A stretch of DNA of 63,099 bases, the filler included, from Octopus bimaculoides (taxonomy: Eukaryota), in the NCBI RefSeq assembly GCF_001194135.2. It is 6 parts of 4 records of this genome, joined end to end, with 100 filler letters (N's around TTAATTAATTAA, not from the genome) between each part and the next. Parts side by side here need not be neighbours in the genome. Positions count along the whole stretch, not along the records: positions 17,611 to 40,073 come from NC_068985.1; 5 more parts are not named here. One strand, written 5' to 3'. Positions 27,700 to 40,173 of this stretch are shown here, piece by piece. Both the position numbers and the translations under genes were made by a program. Below the pieces are notes generated by a model. It was not told the DNA's origin. It ran no database searches and saw only the letters and a program-made list of their open reading frames with translations. Numbering within the stretch: the first letter of the stretch is position 1; each line of letters opens with the position of its first letter.

Positions 27700-28570
27700 T
27701 TTTGTGCTGCATCGTGTTGATTTTGTTTGCTTGAAAGTTTTATTGTTGAGTTGTTATTGTTTTTGCTGCTTTGCAGTGGTTCAGTTGTTGTGCTTTCTCT
27801 CTGTGAGAGATGGCCAGGTTATTCCTCAACTTACTCAGTATATTCAGATGTCAGCGAATTGTCGTCATCGGAGGAGGAGCTCGTGACAGCGGTGAAGAAA
27901 ATGGACAGCCGTTTGGAAGGAAAGACCTTCGCGGAAGCTACAGAAATTCGTAAAAAGGAGGTCAATGTGACGAATCTGAGAAAGTTCGAAAACATGGTGG
28001 ACAGGGATGGTGGTGATGTTAAATTGTCACCATCTGTAGAAAAAATGGTGAGGGTCACTGTCTACAAGGTATACTCAGTAGAAGAAAAGATCATTTTAGA
28101 GTCAACAGAAGTAATCGAGAGAGCACTGAGGCCAATTTGGCGAGATATAACTTACCTTGCCAGAGGAGGCCGATTCGAAACGGTTGAACGTTCAATTTCA
28201 AAAAGCATCGAGAAAACAAAGGAACACTCAGTAACACACCTGAAGATGGACAAAGTAGTCCTACTTCCAATGTACTCGGGAAGGACTGCTAGAGTCAAAG
28301 TAGAAGGAATTCCCCCGGAAATAGACGTGGCTTGGGTGGCGGCAGAAGTGCTTCTGGGAAGCGAAGAGCAAGTGACGGTCATCCAGGCCACAGAGACAGA
28401 GGCTACGAACTGGCAAGGTAAGACTCTCAAAATCATAATTCAGTGCGCTACGGAATATTTGGGGAGCAGCACATTTTCATTATATTCATATTATATGCTT
28501 TATTTTTTTTTTTCGTGTTCTGTGTCCCTACATGTTTTTGTGTTGCCCCTTCTGGGCAATTAAGAAATAC
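27700..28570 (+). mobile_element. Internally deleted Tx1/L1-like element: 5'UTR + ORF1 N-terminal part (ATG 27901) + 3' tail
   Basis: ORF MDSRLEGKTFAEAT...RVKVEGIPPEID...ATNWQGKTLKIII aligns with the EKNWEGGKKVEVLL segment that precedes the zinc knuckle at 40349-40390. At ~28470 it switches to a pyrimidine-rich stretch ending GTCCC...GCCCCTTCTGGGCAATTAAGAAA, the LINE 3' motif. Confidence 0.65.
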
Positions 28571-28574
28571 CACA

Positions 28575-28950
28575 CAACCCAGTTTGTAAATTGTTGCGTG
28601 TCGTTTGCCAGAGTAAGTTTTGCTGTGTTTAGCCTGCTAGCGGGCCTGTGTTCTTATTGTTATAGGTGAAGAAAATGGAGACGAAAAGTTATGCTACAGC
28701 AGCTGGAGAACTGAGTGCCGTGGATCCACGTGTGCTGGAGCAACATTAAGTGGACTTCAACGTAGTTTTAAGAAATACTAAGAAAAAAGAATGGAGAAGT
28801 AAATAGTCTATAGAACGTTTTCGAGAAAGAAAAAGAATCGATATTGCAACAGAGGAAAAAGTGAAGTGCCTAGAAGATATCAAAGACAGCATCATTTTTT
28901 TTTTTTCACGTAACCAGTATAAGAATGCGGATATTACAACGTAGCGGTTC
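28575..28950 (+). pseudogene. Second LINE 5'UTR/ORF1 N-terminus, decayed
   Basis: ATG at 28675 gives METKSYATAAGELSAVDPRVLEQH*VDFNVVLRNTKKKEWRSK*SIERF.... The S/T-Y/F-A-x-A start parallels the KTFAEA start of the upstream ORF1. It has in-frame stops. Confidence 0.45.
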
Positions 28951-29281
28951 GTTACGACGTACAGCCAAATGGGGGAACGAGACAATTTAGCGCCTTTTTA
29001 ATACTACTGAACATCGTATGAGTACTGGTATGCTGTTCCGTAACCAACAGGCTGGTCTGCCATTTGGAAAGTACAGGTTCGTCTGCTTTTTATTTGCTTG
29101 CTAATGTGTAACTTTTCAAACGAACTTATACACTGGTTTCAAATTTTTTTGTACAAGGCCAGAAGTTTAAGGAGAGGTGCTAAGTCGATTAAATCGAAAC
29201 CCCGTAGAGTGCCTTATAAGAAATTCCGAACTAGCAATGTTCAGAAACTCGTTGTCCCTCTGTGTGTCTGTGTGTGTGTAT

Positions 29282-29450
29282 GAAGCGCGTGGCCTAATGG
29301 CTAGAGTGTTGCACCCAAATATTGAAGTTTCGATTCCAGAACCGGGCTGCGCACTGTTTTCTTGTGCAAAACATGTCTCGTATTGCTCCTGTTAATTCTG
29401 TTGTAAATGGGTAAACCTGCAACGAACTAGCGTCCAGTTCAAGAGGAATG
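29282..29450 (+). mobile_element. CORE-type tRNA SINE, decayed
   Basis: GCGCGTGGCCTAATGGCTAGAG (A box), TTCGATTCC (B box), CORE-like TTCTTGTGCAAAACA...TGTAAATGGGTA. A related head is on the minus strand at ~43608-43740. Confidence 0.6.
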
Positions 29451-31084
29451 ATATAATTTCAGTCACACACATCATAGAAAACCAGACCTTAATTAGTAGC
29501 AGAACTCGATAATAATGTTCTATATAGTTGCCATTATGTTAAACTGTCGTATGTTCAAATTTGGCCAAATGCATTTTTTCGGTATTTAATTTTGCTTGTA
29601 ATAGCCGGTTCTTTTGGTCAAACTATCGTACCTTCAGATGCCAAGATATGAAAATTGTCGAAGTGTAGTACAAAAGTGTAATAAGTCCCACTTACAACAG
29701 TTTGTTAAAAATATTTGACTGATAATATTCTACATGCATAGTTACGATTTTATGCACCCAACAAAGTATTGTTAAGCTGAAATTGTTACGAATGTAAAAA
29801 GAAATGGAATGAGGAAACTATTTTTTCGTTTTCTGAAAAGGCAACGTTTTTGAATTTACGACGCTTTCACATAATAACGATATATTTCTTACATTAAAAA
29901 CGTATAGTAGAGAAGGGGGGTGTCTACCAGTTTACTTGCTGTAAGTTGAATCGTATAATTACGCAAACCGCTTAATGTTTAATTCATCTAAGATGGAAAA
30001 TGGACACTCTCACCAGGTGAGTCTATTTTCCACCTTAGCCTGATATATGCATCGAGGACTGTTTTTCTTTATTTGGCACTATGGCCACAACACAGATGGG
30101 GACACTACAAGGACAGACACAACACCACAATGGGGACACAAAACATAAACCGAATGACAATGAGATGTTATATAATGAAGAAATGAAATGGCTGCATGGG
30201 CCCTATGCATCGAGGACTGAAAATAAAACTCGTGTAAGTCAGAAAGGTAACGTGATGAACAATTTTTTTTTTTAATGTATGAGCCTTAGAGACGCGTTAT
30301 TCAGTGATGGGTCAGCTTAATAGAAATAGCAAAATAGAAACAGCAACTAAATTCCCTTCAAATTACATAGAGCCGTTTTTTAAATATGGCAGATATGCAT
30401 TAATGTAGTTTTTGAACGATGAGGAAATATAGTTGTTGCGGTCTTTTCCTTGTTTTCGGTCGTTTTTCAAATATGACCATTTTTAGCTACCGCTGCAAGA
30501 GACGACAATTTTACAGTATTTGGTGTTTATTTCGGTTTCTAGCAACTGTATATTTTCCAGTAAGACTACTGAACATCAAAGTTAGTAAATGTAAAATATG
30601 GATTAGGGATATTTTACTTTTTTTACGTGTGTCAGTCATTGGACAGCAACTATACTGGGGCATCTGGAGTGAAGGTTAGTCCGGCCTATCAATAGCAGCC
30701 ATACTGCTTCATTCTTTTACTCTATTATTATAAATCCCAATACTTATTTCTAAACCGGGTATTTTCGAATATGGACACCTAGACGCACATATGTGCACAC
30801 TCGTTCACATGACTAGCTTCGGCAATTTCCTTCGACCAGCTTCATTCAGAAGACATTGGTAAACCTGAAGTTATAGTTGAAGACACTTTCCCAATATGTC
30901 ACGCAGTTGCACTGAACCGGAAACGGTATGCTTGCTAAGCGAACTTCTTAACTGTACATCCTGTATTAAATTTTCATCACATTTTCATGTATTTGCAAAG
31001 TTCAGAAACCAGCGTTGATTCCGCCATTTATGTAGTGCGGGGATTTAGTAGTTTAGTGGCTTTACCTCGAAAGTGAATTCTATT

Positions 31085-31364
31085 TATTACCTACCAGTGA
31101 TCTCATATGAGATCACTTAAAAATTACAAATTTCGTAATTATCTATCAATATTTACACATATCTAACCTTTTTGCTATATCTACTAGGTATATTTCTCTG
31201 ATATTCAAATGAGGTTTGCTAATTTTTCACCCAATATCTCGCTTATTTCTATTTAAAATGTTATTTTGATCATTCAAGCGTGTTTCTAAGGCTGTTTTAT
31301 GCTAGAAATCCAAGTTTCATAAAAAAAAAAAAATCCAGTTAAGTTATGGGAGGTAATGGGTTAA
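31085..31364. mobile_element. piggyBac-like non-autonomous element
   Basis: Right end GGGAGGTAATGGG-TTAA (GGG terminus + TTAA). The left end ATTACCTACC is a degenerate mirror. A 22-bp palindrome AGTGATCTCATATGAGATCACT lies at 31096-31117. Confidence 0.55.
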
Positions 31365-31469
31365 AGCTCGGGATTAACCTCCAATACCAGTTAGTGTTCT
31401 TTCTCTATCAACCAAAAGTCGAGTTTCGGTTTCGAAACTGAAGCAACATCTTTTGTGCAAGCATGACTG

Positions 31470-31830
31470 TGTAGTTTAGAAGTTTACTTTGCAACTACCT
31501 GGTTTTAGGATCGGTCCCGCTGCTGTGGTACCTTGGTCGAATGTTTTCTATCATAGCTCCGGATTGAACAAGCTTTGTGAGTGAATGTGGTAGACGGAAA
31601 CTTAGGAATACCGGTGTGTGTGTGTGTGTGTGTGTGTGTAGTTCCCAAACATCACTTGACGACCGTTACTGGTTTCACGTCCCCGCAACTTAGCGATTCG
31701 GCAAAAAAAGACCTACAATAAGTGCAAACCTTTAAAAATATTGTACTGGGGTTGATTTTTTTAATTTTTTTTTTTTACTAAACTCTTCAAGGTGGTACCC
31801 TCAACATAGTCGCAATCCAATAACTGAAAC
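31470..31830 (+). mobile_element. SINE family 2, old diverged full-length copy
   Basis: Head, internal (GT)n and tail are colinear with the 34977-35410 copy. Confidence 0.7.
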
Positions 31831-32748
31831 AAATGAGAAAAGAACGTATTTCGTAGCGTCAACCAACAGCCTCATGTTTTGACCTAAGTTTTATTCTTTC
31901 AGGTTTTAGACAATGTCAAAGGGCTAGTTCAAATTTGGATATGGTGTTTCCTACTCTACGTGGACGCTAGACAGTCTATGGATAGCAGGTAAATCTCTCT
32001 CAATCCCTTATTTAAACCGATCATATCGGGCCAAAATATCCTTCATGTTTTGTGTTCCAGCAGATCAGAGCCTGCCTTTCACACTTACTTTACAGTAACT
32101 TCTAAAAATAAGCAATCACATCACCGAAATCTCGAAATTATGAGAAGCGTGATTAATTCAAAAGAATGTGAATAAACAAGCATTACATTTTTACTGAGTA
32201 ATCTGAATGCTTAAGAGTTAAACTTAATAAAGATCTTCAGACTACCTGAAACTACGAAATGGCTGTAGTTGGAATCTTAGGTGTGCTTGATCAAAACTGA
32301 CATCGTGGTTAACAACTGCCAAGCAAAACAATTAAAAAGTAAGTTCGTGCATCACAATATATTTAATGAATTTTTATTATCGTATGCTTCCATACGGTTT
32401 TATTGTCAGTAAGAGTGTCATAAATTAGAGACGGCAATTTGCAGCCTAGTGCGTGTGTCCTAAAACATTTGTTCATGTATATCTATTTTCAATTATTTTG
32501 AATTTATATTCCGACCCCCGTACCATGAGCGTTATACCCTGGCACTTTTCCACCATCTACATTTTGCTCTACTCTACCATCCCATTTATATTCTGATCCC
32601 CGTCTCTTGTGGGTATGCCCTGGCATTTCGCTACCATCTCTCCTGTTCTTTCACACTGAACTCTCTTTTACTCTTTCTCTCTCTCTCTCTCCCCCAGTAA
32701 CTGGTTAACCATGTATCACTGCAGCAACACCTGTCCTTATTCCTGATA

Positions 32749-32782
<34 letters not shown>

Positions 32783-33180
32783 CAGATAACTATGTATCTC
32801 CTACAGCAAGACACCCGTTTTCATCTCGCTGTCACACTCTAACCTTTCGTCATTGACCACAAGATCTCCAATGCCCCCTCCCCTCTCAAAGGATCATTGT
32901 CTTGCAAGTGGCTTGGCGACCCTGCCAGTGCTGATGCTGCGTCAAAAAAACATCCAGTCCACACTGTAAAGTGATTGTCATTTGGATGGGCATCCAACTG
33001 TAAAAACCATGCCAAAACTAACTTAGCCTGGTGCACCGTCCACTCTACGGGGGTGGCTGGTGTTGATATCCCCTCAAAATCGCTCGCCTTGTTCCAAAAT
33101 TAGAAACCGCCACTATTCAGTGAAGGCTACAAGCCAGCAGTATCGTTACTGCACGGGACACAATGCTTGGGAACATTTCT

Positions 33181-34152
33181 TCCGGCTGTTTGCTCTAATT
33201 TGAAATTCCGCCGAGGCTGCTTTGCCTTTCATCCTTCCGGGGTCGATAGAATAAGTACCAGTTGATCACCGAGATCGATGTAATTAACTTAGCCCCTATT
33301 CCGAAACAGCTGGCCACGTGCCAAAAATGATTATCAAGGCGGCGAGCTAGCAGAATCGTTAGCACACTGGACGAAATATATTTCGCTCGTCGCTGCGATC
33401 CGAGTTCAAATTCCGCCGAGATCGACTTTGCCTTTCATCGTTTCAGATCGATAAAGTACCAGTTAAATACTGGGGTCGATGTAATTGACTCCTCCTCGCC
33501 CTCAAAATGGCTGCAATTGTGGCAACTTTAAGGCAAAATTTGAAACAATTATTATTACTATTAAGGCAGTGAGCTGGCAGAATCGTTAGCAAGCCGGGCG
33601 AAATGCATAGCGGTATCTCTTCTTCACGTTCTGAGTTCAAATTCCGCCGAGGTCGACTTTACATTTCATCCTTTCGGGGTCAATAAATTAAGTACCAGTG
33701 AAACACTGGGGTCGATGTAGTTGACTAGTCCCTACCCACAAACTTCAGGCCTTGTGCCTACAGTAGAAAGCATTATTAAGGTGGGTAAAATGCTTAGCGA
33801 TATTTCGTCCGTCTTTACGTTCTGAGTTCAAATTTCACCGCGGTCGAATTTGCCTTTTCATTCTATCGGGGTCGATAAATTAAGTACCAGTGAAGTACTG
33901 GTGTCGATGGAATCGGCTATCCCCCTCCCCACAAATTCCAGGCCTTGTGTCTTTAGTAGAAAAGATTATTATTCAGTGTGGCCTATTAACTCTGTGACTG
34001 ATAAGGTGAGGTCATTTGTTGGCAAGCTATAGTTTTGTGGTTCAATACCTGGCGGTGAGGTTGTTTCTATTACGATGCTTCAGATTTTGAGTTCGATTTT
34101 CGCCGAATCAACTTTGCTTTCCAGCCTCCTGTGTTCGATAAAATAAAGCACC
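33181..34152 (+). mobile_element. Head-to-tail chain of 4-5 SINE family 1 copies
   Basis: A partial copy at 33181-33336, then heads at 33337, 33564 and 33779 (5'-shortened), and a degenerate copy at ~34051. Each carries a B box and the GGGGTCGAT / AAGTACCAGT core. Confidence 0.88.
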
Positions 34153-34314
34153 ATCTCAAAATTACTTACCTTGTACCCAAATTAAAAATCATTCTTTCTA
34201 ATCACGAAAAAAGCAACTGTTACGTAATCTATTCTGGATATTAAGTAGTTATGTGTATACAACGATGTCTACGATGCTTAAAATATGGTGTCAAATTTTG
34301 GCACAAGACTAATA

Positions 34315-34474
34315 ATTTTAGGGGTGGTCTAAGTCCATTACAGCGACCCCAGTCTTCAACTGATGCCTATCTTATCGGTGTCGAAAGAATGAAAGGTGAA
34401 GCAGACCTCAGCAAGTATTTGAACTCTGAACGTTAAGATGGACAATATGCCGTTAAGCATTTTGTCCGGCGTGC
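34315..34474 (-). mobile_element. SINE family 1, decayed, opposite orientation
   Basis: Reverse complement of the B box (TTTGAACTCTGAACGT) and core (CGACCCCAGT, GAAAGAATGAAAGG). Confidence 0.7.
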
Positions 34475-34540
34475 ATCATTCAAGACTTAAGTGAACTCCT
34501 GAAATAGACTTCGTTAAATCAATGAGAAACAAGGAAGGAT

Positions 34541-34709
34541 ATTACAACTTGTATATTATTACAACTTGTATATTATTACAACTTGTATATTATTACAACT
34601 TGTATATTATTACAACTTGTATATTATTACAACTTGTATATTATTACAACTTGTATATTATTACAACTTGTATATTATTACAACTTGTATATTATTACAA
34701 CTTGTATAT
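34541..34709 (+). repeat. 17-bp minisatellite, 10 identical copies
   Basis: Unit ATTACAACTTGTATATT starts every 17 bp from 34541 to 34694; the last copy is 16 nt. Confidence 0.97.
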
Positions 34710-34976
34710 CATTAACTCCTTTTCCGCTAGAAAAGACCACACACACTTTTGTTACTTCAAAATGTGAAAATAAGTGCATTATTCATAGCTTAAGTGGATG
34801 GCTGAAATAAAAACTTTAATTAAATTTATAAATATCGGTTGTGTACGAAATTCCATACGAAAAGCAGAGGTGAGTTTGAACTTCAAATCCGTTTTATAAC
34901 GAGAAGAAATAACTAAACTAAAATTACCGAAGTTTTTATTCGATAACTTTGTATTAACATATTGCTCTATCGTCTA

Positions 34977-35156
34977 TACTCTTTTACTTGTTTCAGTTAT
35001 TTAACTGCGGCCATGCTGGAGCAACGCCTTTAGTCGAGCAAATCGACCCCAGGACTTATTCTTTGTAAGCCTAGTGCTTATTCTATCGGGCCCTTTTGCC
35101 GAACCGCTAAGTTATGGGGACGTAAACACACCAGCATCGGTTAAGCGATGTTGGGG

Positions 35157-35243
<87 letters not shown>

Positions 35244-35410
35244 CATACATGCACGACGGGCTTCTTCCAGTTTTTGTCTACCAAATCCACTCACAAGGCT
35301 TTGGTCGGCCTGAGTCTATAGTAAAAGACACTTGCCCAAGGTGCTACGCAGTGGGACTGAACCCAGAACCATGTGGTTGGTAAACAAGCTCCTTACCAGA
35401 CAGCCACTCC
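34977..35410 (-). mobile_element. SINE family 2, well-preserved full-length copy with internal (GT)n
   Basis: Minus strand reads GGAGTGGCTGTCTGGTAAGGAGC...GGTTCTGGGTTCAGTCCCAC...CTTGGGCAAGTGTC (CORE-like)...(GT)n...CCAGCATGGCCGCAGTT...AAGTAAAAGAGTA. Head halves also occur at ~21705-21830 (+), 25705-25845 (-) and 53925-54082 (-). Confidence 0.9.
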
Positions 35411-37023
35411 TACGCTTACATTGATGTATTTGTATCATACTTAGGGTTATTCACAAATTAAAACCAGTTACATAAGAAACTAAGTTTACATAATATACAG
35501 CGTCTTCAGTTATTTGAGAGTGAACCACGAACACTGAGTAATAAGAATAACTGACTGGAACATCATGCGATACGAATTGATTTGTGCATCAACACTCAAG
35601 AAGAACATATACAATAGTTGGAGATATATAGATGATTCAGTTAACACTCGTATCACGTGTGTGAGAATTTATGTGAGTATACATAAGTACTAGTGTATGA
35701 TTATTTTATTTCTCTCGGAATGACTAAGTGGATCACGGCAGGATTTGAAGTCCCTGTATAAAAAGGGACGAGAGCAAATATTGCTGCTCTGCCGTAAAAT
35801 CATTTAGTACTTATTTAATCCCGAATCTTAATTTATTTCGACCTCCATATTTTCGTCCATTGTCTTCAACTTTATTAGATAAAGTAACCTACATTTTACT
35901 CTAAGATATTTTCTTCTATTTCAGAGTGGCTTCTTTGATAAAGAAATTTAGCGTATAAATGCGAAGAGGGCAACCATGATGACAGGACTGTATTACAAAC
36001 AAGAAATTCTACACTACTGATGCGACACTCTGATAGAACAGAGCTTAAATGTTTTAAGTCTCCTGTAGCGGAATCTTAATTTTCTATTTCAAGTTTAGCA
36101 CCTGTCTTTCGTCTGACCTCATCTACTTCAGGTAGGAGCGCCTGTGCATAAAATCTATACGCCAGGTTGTGCATGAACATTTAAACATTCCGCCAATAAA
36201 TGCATGATATGCTACATCATGTAGTCATTATATTTAGGTTCTTGTTTGGCAAAGATATAGACTGAGGAACGATGTGCACTTGTCTTATCAGTGGTCAACA
36301 GACGATGAAATATGTCAAGATAGTCTCTTTGAACAAAATAAGATGTAGTCGCATTTATTGAGTTCCAAAGTGATAAAACTTTAAAGCTACATAACTGAAC
36401 TACTTTAAAATTTTATAATAAACGCCGTGTTGTGCAGATACCAGCTCTGCACTAAACCTCTGGTTCGCTAGCTGACTCATTTACTGGCTTTACTCTGAAT
36501 GAAATTGACAAATAACTTCTGGAACCAAAGGTTCCTAATCTTTACCACTTGGTCCCCTGTTTTTTCAAATTTTAATCTATTTAAGCGGTCCTTAATCGCT
36601 AATGTCCTTGAGTGCAGCTAGAAGACCTACTCGGCTATTCTGCTTTTGAAAAAAGTGATTGCTTTTAATTAACGGGTTAAATTTCTAAAGGGAATGTCAG
36701 TCCTTCCCTCAACTAGTCTGCTGCTTCGTACATGTGCCTGAACAGTGTTTAAGGAGGACAGTGGTGCTTGTATTTGGTGCGTCTACTACAAGACAAATCT
36801 TTTTGATCAAAACCTAAAATATTGGAACACAATTTTACTTTTGTGAGACCATTTAATAACCTTGAAGTTCGATCAAGAGCGTGAGACGTTGTATACTGAC
36901 GACACCTTTGGAAAATGTACTGACTAGGTTTGTAATCCAATTCTGGCAACTTCTCGACAGCAGCCTTTCATTTCCGACATTGATCTCTTAAATATTAATC
37001 ATTAATGCAACCAGGTTGACTTG

Positions 37024-37054
<31 letters not shown>

Positions 37055-38059
37055 GGACAGGTCGACCTCTTAACGAAAATACAAATTCAGTTTTTAATAT
37101 TTAACGCTTGAAGGCTGGAAAAAAAACTTCACCTACAAAAGACTAGCTTCATATCAAGGATAAAATTGTCATCTCCGTAATTCTAAAGCTAAAAACACTA
37201 GATTTCTATTTGTGGTTCTCTATAGTTAGTGGAATTGTTAATTTAACCTGTTACAAATGTTTATACGAACTTTGACAGTTAAGAATCTCGCGTTCCGAAT
37301 TCAAATACCAGCTGGGTCGACTTCACATACTTGCATTCAGTACAATATGTACCAACATTTTGGTATCGACTCGATCTCTTAATTTCCTTAACTTTGGAAC
37401 CTCCATATCAATATTTAAAATCCTTACTAGATTATGTACGTGAATGTTATGTCATTTGTTGTGTAGAGAAATTTTTGATGGTCCAAATTGCTTTAAACCT
37501 CGTTACAGTTAATTTTGTTTTCGAAGGTTATTTTGTCATTTACCTTCTGCAGGGTCAGAATAGCGTCGCACTGCCGATCGGATACACTCACTCGGACGCA
37601 CACTAGATCACATTGATACTTAGTACCGAGTCTATACAATTATTGGCTTCATTCGTCTCTATCTTTCCGACCACACTGGTCTCCGGATGGTTATTGATTT
37701 CCACAACATAGCATATTTTTTTCTTATGATCCTACACAACAATATTTAATCGGTTGTTTTAGCTTAGTAGCTACTTTAATTTTTAAATTCCACCATTATT
37801 CTGTTAGCCCTTCGGTCTTAGTACTGTTAATTTCGTCTGCTATTTTTTTTCATCCTGTTCTGACAACTCTGTTTCACTGGAAGATGATGCCGCAGTTGGC
37901 AATGAAGCGATTAATGCCTTCAGTCTCGGTTTTGCACAGCCTACATGTCTGTCAATATTTTTTTCTTTTTACGCTGCCAGTTCACGTAAACCCCGGCCAG
38001 TATGTGCCCGACGAAGTCTGGCATACTTTTATACAATTCGTATGGCAAACCATCAAAGG

Positions 38060-38738
38060 TCTTGACTTCTGCAACTACCCTGCTCAATACCTCCGTCCAG
38101 TTCTTCTCTATCTGGAGGCCTGGTCCAGACCAGACGCCCAACAACTTAACCGGCCCCTCCGTCCAGCGTCCAACAACGCTGTCTGAAGGCATCGACTTGC
38201 TAACCCAGGTGCCAAGCTGCAAGCCGACCGACTTTTCCCTGTTAATCTTTGCTCCTGCCACCGCCTCGTAAACCTCAATAGTCTTATCTACTTCACGTAG
38301 GCGTGTTACTGAGGTTACGCTGATAGTGATATCTGCGTAAGCCGTAACAAACTCCTCTAGACCTGGTTCTCTCGGAATGCCACTCCACTCAACCTTTGCA
38401 GTAGGGGATCGAGAGCTACCACATACAAAAGCGGTGAGAGCGGACATCCTTGACGAACCCATCGTCTGATGCAGAACGGCTTCGAAAGGAAGCCGTTCAC
38501 CCGAACTATCGAGTCAATATTGTGGTACAAAGCAATAAACCACCTGAGGAAGTCAAGGCCCAAGCCGAACCGCGCAAGCACAGTCACTAGGTATCGGTGG
38601 TCTACCCTATCAAAAGCTTTAGACTGGTCTAAATGTATCAGTGTCCCACCTTTGCCAGATTTATTACCAACCCTCTCTATGGTATAGCGGATAAGATGGA
38701 GGGTATCCTGAATGGTTCTGTCTGGGATGGCACATGTC
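38060..38738 (-). pseudogene. Tx1/L1-clade reverse transcriptase fragment
   Basis: TCAIPDRTIQDTLHLIRY...LDQSKAFDRVDHRYL...VRVNGFLSKPF...VRQGCPLSPLLYVVALDPLL / AYAD-ITI...GAKINREKS...VKLLGVW. There is a frameshift near 38400, and one catalytic Asp of YADD is missing. Confidence 0.92.
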
Positions 38739-39434
38739 TCTCTTAAGACTCTCTTAATGGACCGTTTCAGGATTAGTTAATCAATTACCAGAGGTGTATC
38801 CCTAGCCTTTCCTCCTCAAATATTATCAGAATTTGCTTACATAACTAACTTCTCACTGTACTGAATACCTGAATGAGAATACTGTGCTTTAGACGGTCCG
38901 TCATTAAATAAATATATAATTGGGCATAACACAGCGGGCATCAGATGGTCTTAGTTAAAAATAAACATATTAGAAAGCCTTCATTGTGAAATTATAATTG
39001 CAATTACATTAAGCATAAAAATGTAAACCTTATGCCTTTGTTGATTTGGGTTAGTATTTTCTCAAAGTAGTAACCTTTTTGTTTTCGTTTTATAAAATGC
39101 ATATTAAAGATTTAATTATTACGGCGATGAAATTATTTTTACAATAAAATTCTTGCCGGGAATTGTGAATCTGTTCTGATTTTCACTTTTAACTTTTACA
39201 TCAGCTAGCTTTTGTATTTTTCAGTACGTGATACAATAAATGCTCTGTTTAACCCTGAGATATCTTTGACCAAGCAGATATATAGATTTTTTTTATTCGG
39301 CACAAAATACCTGAACACAGAGGGGGCGGCACAAGGTCAGACAGCGACAATACAGTGTGGGGTCATAAAATATAAAATGATGAATGAAATGAATTTATAT
39401 ATATATATGTATATATATATATGTATATGTATAT

Positions 39435-39466
<32 letters not shown>

Positions 39467-39486
39467 GTATATGTATATATATATAT

Positions 39487-40073
39487 CTTTATTACCCACT
39501 AGGGGCCAAACAAAGAAGGGGACAATACATCTGATTGGGGTCAGATAAAACGTATGGGGTTACAAAAATATGAAACAATTAAAAATATAATAAAATCGAA
39601 AATCGAATGCTTACAACAAACAACACACAAAACAATATAGACATATGAAGTGGGGGACTGGGTTACGCTCCGACCCCACGAGCCCCATCCCACCACTGAC
39701 ACTTTCGAAGACACCTATGGCGTATTCAATTGGACTTTTTTCACTCGCAACTCTCGAGCGACATATTTCCATTTTGATTGAAACATTTTCTCCGACAAAC
39801 ACTTTCTCTCCAGTTGTATTTTTCTTTTCAAATAAAAAGAAAAATATCTCACCAGACCTTGACTAGAGATGAAAGTGCCCGTCTTGTTCCCTTCCATTCT
39901 AGTCTTCCACACAACCTCTTTCGCTACTGCTACTGTAATGAGGAAACATTTCTTACCTTCGTTTGATAACAAACTTGGCGGGTCAATTTTTATAATTGAC
40001 TCAGCCGACAACTGTACTCTTCCTTCACTTGACATTAGGTGTTCCACGTAAACCCACATTTCAGAGACCTCCG
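39487..40073 (-). mobile_element. Tx1/L1-like ORF2 C-terminus + 3'UTR
   Basis: ...VAVAKEVVWKTR...LVRYFSFYLKRKIQLERKCLS...KWKYVAR...* (stop at 39715), then a UTR ending TTGTCCCC...GGCCCCTAGTGGGTAATAAAAG. Confidence 0.75.
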
Positions 40074-40173
40074 NNNNNNNNNNNNNNNNNNNNNNNNNNN
40101 NNNNNNNNNNNNNNNNNTTAATTAATTAANNNNNNNNNNNNNNNNNNNNNNNNNNNNNNNNNNNNNNNNNNNN
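40074..40173. other. Artificial scaffold-joining spacer
   Basis: N44, TTAATTAATTAA at 40118-40129, N44. Confidence 0.97.

Noticed and set aside
34541-34709. CRISPR-like array
   Set aside because: The units are directly adjacent with no unique spacers, and the context is eukaryotic.
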